64,000 bases of DNA from Ylistrum balloti (taxonomy: Eukaryota). The stretch is from assembly GCF_031769215.1 (NCBI RefSeq), contig NW_026782059.1, forward strand, positions 372,001-436,000, written 5' to 3'. Below the pieces are notes generated by a model. It saw only the letters and a list, made by a program, of their open reading frames with translations, did not search any database and had not been told where the DNA came from. A program made the position numbers and the translations under genes. How positions within the stretch are numbered: position 1 is the first letter of the stretch; every line of letters starts with the position of its first letter. Positions 37,569 to 49,200 of this stretch are shown here, one piece after another.

Positions 37569-37914
37569 TGGAAAACAATGTTATGTATTGCTGAAGCAAT
37601 GTATATCCCTTACCGGCCCCCACAAACCATTACAATGTAATGAATGTTAGGAATGAAGGCACTAGGGCGCCAACATTGATTTCCTAAACACTGTAAGTGA
37701 CCTTGACCCAAATACCATAAAACTCCCAACATGTCCAAAGGCATTTTGATGTTTATGCATCATACCTGTATGAAGTTTAATGAGAATCCTTCCTGGAATT
37801 AAGCCTCTAAAGAGGCTGACAACCTTCCACAGACGTAGGACAGGAAAACTATAAACCTCCCCCCCCCCCCCCCCCCATCCCTTCTCCTCCCTTGTTTCAC
37901 CATCACAGGACTAC

Positions 37915-38220
37915 TTTTTTTTAGGTCATTTGACCGAAGGGTCTCATGATCTAATGCTATCGCCTTTTGTCCGGCGTCGTCCTTGGTCCTTCGTAAACAT
38001 TTTCAACTTCTTCTCAAGTTCTACATGTCTCAGTGAGCTGAAACTTACCTAAAATGATCGTGACATGATCCTGACCAAAGTTTGTTAATTTCGGGTTGGT
38101 CCGAAATCCAACATGGCCGCCATCTTGAAAACACATTTCCGACTTCTTCTCAAGTTCAAAATTTGAAATCTTGTATTTTATGTCAGATGACAGTTAAGGC
38201 CCATAGCCCTCTTGTTTATA
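37915..38220 (-). mobile_element. HINE-like element of a second family, reverse orientation
   Basis: T-run, imperfect hairpin AGGTCATTTGACCGAAGGGTCTCATGATCT, CGGCGTCGTC microsatellite remnant, CCAACATGGCCGCCATCTTG core and terminal GGCCCATAGCCCTCTTGTTT. Confidence 0.6.
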
Positions 38221-39049
38221 TACTTCTGTTCAACATAAACAGCTATATCAATACAAGGATTGAAGATCAACAATGAAGTCAACAAACGAGTCACTTGTTG
38301 GTGATTTTATTTGGACATTTTAAGCTTTTGATCATATCCTCTCTGTACATATATACAACAGAATATGTTTATATATAAAGAAATATGGCAAAAACAAATG
38401 ACCGACACGTACCAATCCCACAATGCACCAGTCTCGACTGATAGCCCTAAAAGAGAGTGATGGAAGAACATGTTTATTGCAGCTGAAATAAAACCTAACT
38501 GGGTAAACTTTTGATCAGAAAATCATCATCAATGAAGCCATTTAATGTGAAAATTCTTATGAATCATCTATTCTGTGAAATTTGATTCATCCATACCTGT
38601 GAGAAGCAACATATTGGTCAGTATAGAGAGAATGTCTAAATACACAGGTTATATTGGGCAGTTTTCTTTATAAATAACAGTAAAGCATCATGTTAGAATT
38701 TATAGACTAATAAAGTTACTTTCAGAATGGTTTAGATAAATTTCAGCATAAAAGTCGTCTAGAATAACACATTTTTACAAACAAAGTCACATGACTTCCG
38801 TAAATCCTGATAAATACAGTCATTTATCCATTCAGAAAAAATCTGAATAAAAAAAGAGCATTGGTACTTAAAAAGTTATGTATACTTAGTGAACAAATTT
38901 CATCATTAAATAGTGAGAAATGAACAGAAAGACAAATTAGGATAAATTCCTATCATATTTCATAAACAATCGTTTGTTAAAACAACAAAAATTCTCTTAT
39001 GTAAATAAACAAGTGATGTCTATTTATAAGGAAGACTTAGCTTTTACTC

Positions 39050-39200
39050 CACATTATTACAAGCACTCTTGTCTCAATTTAAATCCTGCATTACTTACTC
39101 AGCACTGTTACAAGTATTCTCTTCTCAATTTAAATCAAGTATTAATTACGGGACATTGTAAGAAGTACTCTCCTCTCAATTTAAATCAAGCATTACTTTC
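39050..39200. repeat. About 51-bp degenerate triplication
   Basis: CTCAATTTAAATC occurs three times at about 51-bp spacing with similar flanks. Confidence 0.8.
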
Positions 39201-42200
39201 ATTATAATGATTTGGTTGGTATATCTATATCATGAAAAAAATGTACAACAAAGCAAATATCTTACAGCTTAGTGGATTAAGAGTGTATGGCAACCTAATT
39301 ATGTAATCTCTTTTACAGAAGAATTTCACACCAAGTTCAAGTTGACTTAATGAAAATTGTGTCCTTTTTGTTACATATTCAAATTCACATTGACACTTAA
39401 CCAATGTAAAACAGTGTTAATCCAAATATCTCTTGGAAAATTTGAATACACAGGTATTATATACCAAGTAGCATAGTTTCTTATTTATGTAGATATAATT
39501 CCAATCTCTAATATAAAAAAGGTATTTCAGGTTTCAATGCAAACAATATCAATTGGAAATTTTTTTTTCCATATTCATAGTCATCTTCAGAAAATCAATG
39601 TTTGATAAATACATTTATATTTTACTTAATAATTTCTTAAGTCTTACATTTGATTTCTGAAAGAATTTGTCTTTAATTTGAATGGCAATAAAAATTCTTA
39701 CCAAGTGACAACTCTCACGTAAATACATCTGTTCATTTTTAAGGGAAATAAGCAAAATTGCAAAACGAAATGATTCAATCTTCACCATTTGCACCAATTA
39801 ACCTGGCCAGTTATACCTTAATGAGATGTATATGTTGATGAGGTTTGTAAATAATAATGGGAAATGTGATATGTTAATTAGATATGAGATGTGTGCATGT
39901 TAATGAGGTTTCTGAATATTAATGAGATGTGTGATATGTTAATGATGTTTATGAATGTTGAGCTATGTACTTGATCATGTTTGTGAATACTTATGAGATG
40001 TACAATATGTAAATGAGATATGTGATATGTTAATGAATGTTTAGCTATGTACTATGATAATGTTTTTGAATATTATGAGATGTAGAATATGTTAATGTGA
40101 TGTGTGATTGAAAATGAGAATAGTGAGATGAAATAGCACTTGAATTTTTTCAATACATTTGAAAAAACTGGCGCGAAAATGAGAAAGAAGAAATACAACA
40201 CTGCCATTTAACAAGATAACGAGACTGGCAAACGGAGCACTTCCACACTGTCCTACTTAAAGGACAAAACGTTAATGTTTCCCTCCATAACACAGTAAAC
40301 AACGGTTATCATAACAAGCAATAAAGTAAACAATCACACCAATAATAAGACATTGTAACAAACACATAAACATCAAGTGTTTACGATTTAATGAGCTATG
40401 CGATGAAATCCACACTTCACTACTGGTTTTCGAGGAAATATTCTGTTTACATTCTCTGTACAACTCTGCAGAAAATACCCTAGTGACATACAAGAATTAT
40501 CTAGATTTTTGTTCATGAACAAACGTTGGTTTTTAAGTTGATTTAATAATTATCTCAGAGGTCATTTTGTTGGTTATAGCACCTGTCCTGACCAGTGAAT
40601 TCAGTAGACTAATAGCACTAACAAAAATTAAGGAAAAGATAACTTTGTTTACAAATCTTCTACAATATTTTATATATTGTACATAATATATCTATATATC
40701 ACAATGCTTTATAAGCATTACAGAAATAATAGAAAATTTAATTCTAACTTTAACCCAGCATTCCCAAATTAAAAAATTGAGGATATTATGAAGGTGCCTT
40801 ACCTCCTTAAAATGTATGATACCTTCACAAGTTTCAAAGTGAAAATCTAACAAACAGGATGTACAGAACGTACACTACATCATCATAACATAGGGACCAT
40901 AATCACATTAATGATAGAAATTGATTGTTAAGCTGATGATCCATCCTTATATTCTGAATTTTATCCCCCCCCCACCCTTCCATATAGACAAATGATAGAC
41001 AAACAAGATATATGTGCCTTGTCCTTCCTTTGTATTTACCAGAATATCGTACAAGTATATCATTGTTACCATTAAATTAGAACTTCCTGAATATATATTT
41101 CTATTTTCATAAAAATTCAGACATATAGAATTTCTACGACCGTATAATATCCTGCTATTGTTTGAGAGATCATGTTCATAGCACGTTGTAGGACGAGAAG
41201 GCTAATGAAGTCTGTACCGACAGGCCATATGCAAACCCAAAATTTGCATAAACTATGAAATGAATTACAGGTATACAAACAAGCAGATACCTTTCATTGG
41301 TATACAAACAAGCAGATTTTAAAATTTTAAATGAACGATGAAATGACGCATTTTACCTGAAATCGATTAAAATAAATAATTAATTTAATCACACAGTCAA
41401 ATGAACACTCATCCGCTTCTAGTTTACAGGAAATGAAGCACTGTTAAAAGTGTGACACATTAATTCAATAATTGTGAGAGTCAACTCTACACAAGGGAAA
41501 TGATTTTGTTAATGGGGTAAAATGTGAAACAAAATGTGGGTTATGTTTGAATTTAAAGTGGAAAAATGTTTTTGATAAAATTTGGGCGAGAATGAACAAT
41601 TTTATGTGATGGCAAAAACCCTATGTCTTCCCTATACTGTATTTAAGTCAAGGAAAGTTTTAGTAATTAAAACTAGTATACTAATGATGAAAAAGAAAGG
41701 AAAATGCAAAAAAAGGTAAAGCAGAACTCTGAGAATGATGCAGGTTTCAATAAATATATTGCAGAAGGACAGCTATGCCTTGATGGCGACTCGTTCAGAC
41801 AGATGAGTATTTGGCCATTTGTCAATTAAATGAAATTTATTTCACACATTAAATACAGCCCTGAAGACAAATGACAAAAAAAAAAAGAACGGCTGAGCAA
41901 ATACCAAACAAATAACCTGACAAGAATTGTCATTGTTATATAATAAGGTGAGATTTCAGTTGCTCTTTTTCATGACATGGTACAAACTTACTGAAGAAAC
42001 AAGATCATAATGCTTTAAGTAGACACCTATTCATACAACAAGCAAAAAACTTAAAATATTTCAATGAATTAAAATCATACTTACCTAAATTTGCATCCAT
42101 AACATTTAACACAATTAACTTTGTCTACCTCATATATTATCAACTTTTATACTCATACCAATATTTATCCGCTAATAAGCCCATGTCTGGTAATAAGCCC

Positions 42201-43231
42201 ACCACTTTGTTTTGCTCTCCAGTAGCATATTCAACCAATACTATTTCAATGTCCTATATTTAGCCCATCTCCTGACTTTGAGTTAGATCAATGTCTGACT
42301 GATGCCAACTCTAAATTGGCTTATTGGTGGATAAACACACTACAATGCTATCACCAACTTTGGTCAATTTTTGCAATTTCAGTATTGCCCTTTCATTTCA
42401 TATGTTATATTTGCGAATCTAATGCTCACTTTAAACATAACAAATAACCTATAACTTAACCGTTTATTTTAACACATCTTCAATAACAAAACCTCTGAAC
42501 TGTTAGACTAGTCCTGTGTGGTTTGGTTTTCAGAAATATCACATCACATAAAATACACACACTAATAATAGAATGTAACATATTTCACTTAATACCACTT
42601 CTCTTAATGTCATTTTTTGGTTAATATCATGTTTTGTCTCTGTTAAACAATAAGTGATACAAAGTAATATAAATATGTGACATTAAACAGAAATCAGAAA
42701 ACATCCTTAAAAAGGAATGAAGTTCTGTGAAAATCTTATTTCAGGATAACTGCTTTTAACGAGAACAGTCAATATTTCAATTTAATTTGAAACATGACTT
42801 TGAAGAGATTAAAACTTTGAAATTATGAATATTCATTTTTGATCTCTAAAGTTAACAAATCAATATATTTCAACGGAGACATTGTTATTACTAGTAATGA
42901 ATATTCATGATATCTCAGAAAATTCGGCAATGAATAAAATTCCTTATTCAGAAGGTTAACAAACTAATAAATATTCATTGCATTTCAGATAATATAATGA
43001 ATATTCATTACATCCAAAATAAACTAATTCATGAATATTCATAAAATAATAACCATTTGAGTCAAATTATAAATATGTTGCTAAATGAACTTAACAGTTC
43101 GTGAAATATATAACGATTTTTTTTCACATTATTGTTCTTATCACAAAATATTGCAGATATTTGAATGAGATGAAAAATGTATCACATGATCTAGTATGGC
43201 CAATGGAAATATCTGTTTCAGATGAAAAAAA

Positions 43232-46200
43232 TCAATGATCATCTGGTACTTCTAAAGGAGGCGGGGCATCAGGCATGTTGGTTCTTGTTCCTGCTGTGAG
43301 GTATCCAGCAACATTTGGGCCAGCTGGACCTGAAAATAAACATCAGAATAAGTTTCAAAGTTCATTAACTGTGCTTATGTTGAAAGAATTCTTTTCATAT
43401 TTTGCAAAAAATTTGAAAAGCTTATCAAACCATAAAACCGATAATTACTGAATTTAAAACAATGTACACTAGCGATAGACCAGCATCAACGTCCATTTCC
43501 AAGTATACCAAATTATTTTCCATTTACGATCTTAATCAATTCCATCATGTAGGTTGGTGCATGGACCCCTTCAGCGAGTCAACAGGGGTTCAGTTCTCTG
43601 ATCTGATGTGAAAAATCATCATGGGTCACCTCTCTGGCCATGTGGATATTTGTCCAGATACTCTGTTTCTTTCCAGAAAAAGATAACTTGTTTGCTTCCA
43701 TTTAGGCCAATAAAAGCTAGATTTAATCTAATATAAATGGTTTCACAACAAACATTTTTCAAAACGATGAATAAACAAATCTTTATTCCTAAAACCTAGA
43801 TTGATGACATGAAGTATTCTACATCAACCAATCTATATCTGGGATAAACATATCACTTTCTTACATATAATTAACATTCAGAAGAACAGCTATACTAATA
43901 AGCTTAAGAACAAGATCCCAACTTATAGTATATATACACTATAGAAAACAGAGATGGATAAAAGGAAGGATATAAATATTTCCTAAATTCTACAGTGTGG
44001 ATTGAATAACTCTAAATCTTACAGAGAAAATTGACTATAGAGAAAGATATAAATATTTCCTAAATTCTATAGTGTGGATTGAATAACTCTAAATTTTACA
44101 GAGAAAATTGACTATAGAGAAAGATATAAATATTTCCTAAATTCTATAGTGTGGATTGAATAACTCTAAATTTTACAGAGAAAATAGACTATAGAGAAAG
44201 ATATAAATATTTCCTAAATTCTATAGTGTGGATTGAATAACTCTAAATCTTACAGAGAAAATAGACTATAGAGAAAGATATAAATATTTCCTAAATTCTA
44301 TAGTGTGGATTGAATAACTCTAAATTTTACAGAGAAAATAGACTATAGAGAAAGATATAAATATTTCCTAAATTCTATAGTGTGGATTGAATAACTCTAA
44401 ATTTTACAGAGAAAATAGACTATAGAGAAGGTTTTCTTGAATTTTATAGTGTGGATTAAATAACTTTTAATCTTATATAGAAAATGGCTATAACTAATAG
44501 TGCAATAAGCAAAATCACACTTCTTTATTATTTTGATCAAACATTTTGTCGAATGTATTGCATAAATAAAATCATTTCAGTGTCAAAATTCTGAAATGCA
44601 ACAATGTGTTAATCTACTTTTTTTTTTTAAAGGGTGGGGGGGAATATAATAATGAATTCATAATTCATGGATTATCTGGACAGAAAAAAAATGTGAAAAT
44701 TATACAATCCAATCACAAACCTAACGATAAAGACTCCTAAACATCTAGCATGTTTTAATTGTAGACAAGGAATTGTCTATATGTTTTGACGACTAGATGG
44801 TCGTCATCAGGACAAGTTTAAATACATGATTTTAAAGTAAGCTTTTGCCTTAGACTTTTATTGAAGTATTCAACAAGTGAATATTTCTTGCATGCCCTAC
44901 AGTGATTATAAAAAATACCTTTAGATCAAGCTAAAATGATATCTCTGCTGGGTATCTCAAGAATCTTCTGGTAAGTAAGCTCTCGGTAAAAAGCCTGATA
45001 CAAGTCTTTGGTGTGAAAACCATTTTCCTATGATTAATGGTTTCATTATAATTAATGTAAAAGCTATGCCAAGCAAGCACTCAAAAGCAAGAAAACTCTG
45101 TTCAAGTTTTGATGGCTAGAGAGAAAAATAATATTATATTTTTGGAAGCTAGTTTTCTCATTATATTATGTGACCTTGACATTTACATTTGAAGAGATTT
45201 AGAATGAAAGACTCATAGTAGTCTTTATTCATATCAAGAAATTTAATTTAAGTCAGAACATTACCACAATCAGCTGCAAAAATTGGAAGCTAAAGACTAT
45301 TTTTTTCCTAAGATCAATTTTACTCAAGGAATTGTAACTGTAAAGACCTTCAACAAAGTAAGACAGTATCATTGTTGTACATAAGTCGTTTACTTAGAAA
45401 TCAATTCTAGAGACAATCTCTAATCAAAGTCAGATAGTTTATTTAAGCCAAAAAACCAGTAGAGAACACTTAGTCAGGAGGTGTTTGTAAGAAATATAAA
45501 CATCATTATTTTATGCTTTGTATTATGCAATGGATTTGCCGGTGTCCAATGTGACCTGTGACCTTTGACCTTGACCGATGACCACCTTAATTTGATCAGG
45601 AAAAGAATTTGACGTAATGATACTACAGGGTAAATCTGAACCAAATTTGTTGAGAGGTTTGTTAAATATGAAACTGTTTTGTAACGGGATATGACGGCAC
45701 AACAGTGAGTAAAGGGTAGATATTGGTAATATATACACCAACATTAAAATTCAAAGGCATAGAGAAAATGTTTATTTAAATTTTTGTACTATAATAATTT
45801 CACTTCAGAATAGTTCTGAAACATATAACTAGCTTCTGTACAAAGCACAATTACAAAATTTTCATCTGGTTGATATTGGCATCTAAAGTAGCAATCCGCC
45901 AGCATGCTTGTACAGGTTCCCAGGCACCGGGAGGATTCACAAATGAATTTTAAAGAAGACATCAGCAAACAGAATGTAACCATCACCACTGTTTATGCTG
46001 AATATAACTAAATCCATGCACATCACCAACAGCCAAGTGTGATCACATAGCCAGTGCACTTATATAAATCAAATCACAATCAATTCTATAATTTTGAATT
46101 AATTTTCAAATTTATGTTTTAATTGTCTAACCTGGGTCATTGATAGACAAACAAACTACATGATATCTTTTATATTGATTCATGTAATAGAAAGACAATT

Positions 46201-49200
46201 CAATATTCAATTTGAGTTTGAAAAAAAAGACAAGAAAATATCTAGGACATGAATGCCTCTGCTATTTTATCATGTATATTAGGAAAACAAACTCATCTAG
46301 GGTATTCTCATTTTTGACATAAGCATGAATTTTTATCGAAGTCCCTTTAGAATCAAGGTCATTTGTCACTGAATTGCTTCATGATTTTTATGAAAAGCAA
46401 AAGTAACCTTGACACCCTGAATCTCTCATTGGCATTGTGTTGAAATTTTTTTGCATCAAGTTTGATCAAAATCTTTTATAAAATAACAACCAATGTAGAT
46501 ACTATATCCCCTTTAGAAAAAGGTAATAATGACAGATTTAATAATAAGAATCTTTCTACCTACTTTTCAATAGATATATACACAAATTGATACAACAATA
46601 AAACTACAATTTGTTTTCATGTCCTTCCCAACTTTATCAATAAAACAATGGGTACCCTAATGTCGAATTTAAGTATTTCTAGAAATTCTAGGAGTCCCAT
46701 CAATATTCTGTGAGTACAGGACTTGCGACATGTATGTAGATTTATCACAGGTTTATACACAATTCAGCTTCCTGACAACGGGTAGTGACAGTGTCTAGCC
46801 AGGTATTGAGGAATAGTGGCTCGCTCTTCTGTATCAGGAGGTTTGATTCTATCTATCTTTTGTCAGAGAATTACACCAATAAGTAGACAACTTGACCAAC
46901 AAAGCTTCCTGGCAACGGGTAGTGACAGTGTCTAGCCAGGTATTGAGGAATAGTGGCTCGCTCTTCTGTATCAGGAGGTTTGATTCTATCTATCTTTTGT
47001 CAGAGAATTACACCAATAAGTAGACAACTTGACCAACAAAGCTTCCTGGCAACGGGTAGTGACAGTGTCTAGCCAGGTATTGAGGAATAGTGGCTCGCTC
47101 TTCTGTATCAGGAGGTTTGATTCTATCTATCTTTTGTCAGAGAATTACACCAATAAGTAGACAACTTGACCAACAAAGCTTCCTGGCAACGGGTAGTGAC
47201 ACTGTCCAGTCAGGTATCAAGGAATAGTGACTCACTCCTCTGTATTAGGAGGTTTGATTCAGAAACTAGGAACCATTTGCCTCAGAGGTAGAATGATTGT
47301 TATATTTACAGACCTAAGGACACAAAGAAAGTAATAAAACCATTGACATCAACTCAAAAGGTATCAGTTGTTTAACATAACATATCACCTAGTGTTAAAG
47401 AAAGAAACAAAAACGCTGCAAAATTAAGTTTCCAACCATGAAATATTACATACTCTCAGTTTCAGAGAAAGAGTATAAAATTTTGTGTATGCTTTGATCC
47501 CTCCCTAGGGCAGTTTGTATTTCTTAGGTGAAGATCTGAAATGGGTGCTTTGATCCCTCCCTAGGGCAGTTTGTATTTCTCAGGAAAAGATCTGAGGTGT
47601 GTGATTTGATCCCTACCTGGGGACATTTGTGTTTTTTAGGTAAAGATCTGAGGTGTGTGGTCTGATCCCTACTGTAGTTGTTTGTAATTCTCAGGAAACT
47701 GAGATCACCAACAATTGTGTGCTAACCCATGGTAAAACACTTTACCCAAATGCATTTGATTGAATATGATGTGCCTTCAGCATAGCCTTCAATGAGACAA
47801 TCTCCAGCTACTATAATGAAATCCTCCATCAAAATGGCCCTGGCTGCTCAGAGGGCAATACATCCAATAAGAAATGACACACTCCCTGCCTATTGTTTAA
47901 TGAATGATAATTTATACACATATCTTCCTTGAATGAATTGAACTGTTTGCACTACAAGTCAGAATTCCAGATTATTAAACGACCTCAACCTGAATCATAT
48001 TCTGATTCATCAGACATACATTCAAAGATTAGATGAGATTTTCAAGATTACGATGAAAATTGAACAAAATGTTGTCAAAAAAAAGGAAGCACTAAAAATA
48101 ATTTTAATCTTTTGAAGATGATAATATCATTGAAAGCAAAGCTGTAAAATTATGAAGTCAGATTGGTGAAAATTAATAATTTAGTCTTTAGACAAAATAC
48201 TGTGAATCAATGGAAAAGACTTGTACCAAAATACACAGAAAACAACCAAAAGTAGGAGGTGAGAACATCTGTATAACTAGTGACTATAGTGTAATATCCT
48301 TACTAAATTTGATCTCCCAGGAAAGAAACCAAAAGTAGGAGGTGAGAACATCTGTTTAAACTAGTGACTATAGTGTAATATCCTTACTAAATTTGATCTC
48401 CTAAGAAAGAAACACTCAAAGTAATAGAAACCTTAGTTTCCTATATTACAGGTATGTATATTACTTTGTCTGCTATATTACAGGTATGTATATTACTTTG
48501 TCTGCTATATTACAGGTATGTATATTACTTTGTCTGCTATATTACAGGTATGTATATTACTTTGTCTGCTATATTACAGGTATGTATATTACTTTGTCTG
48601 CTATATTACAGGTATGTATATTACTTTGTCTGCTATATTACAGGTATGTATATTACTTTGTCTGCTATATTACAGGTATGTATATTACTTTGTCTGCTAT
48701 ATTACAGGTATGTATATTACTTTGTCTGCTATATTACAGGTATGTATATTACTTTGTCTGCTATATTACAGGTATGTATATTACTTTGTCTGCTATATTA
48801 CAGGTATGTATATTACTTTGTCTGCTATATTACAGGTATGTATATTACTTTGTCTGCTATATTACAGGTATGTATATTACTTTGTCTGCTATATTACAGG
48901 TATGTATATTACTTTGCTATATTACAGGTATGTATATTACTTTGTCTGCTATATTACAGGTATGTATATTACTTTGTCTGCTATATTACAGGTATGTATA
49001 TTACTTGGTCTGCTATATTACAGGTATGTATATTACTTTGCTATATTACAGGTATGTATATTACTTTGTCTGCTATATTACAGCTATGTATATTACTTTG
49101 TCTGCTATATTACAGGTATGTATGGTGTTGAAGTATTTGTATTGTTAGTGTCAACATTTTCCTGTTGGCATCTCATGTGAATCTTACAATGAATAGTCTT

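Noticed and set aside
48454-49180. 220-225 aa Tyr/Cys/Leu-rich ORFs as a real membrane protein
   Set aside because: They arise from a stop-free 32-bp unit, are open in all three frames, and have no unique N- or C-terminal coding context; kept only as a repeat finding.
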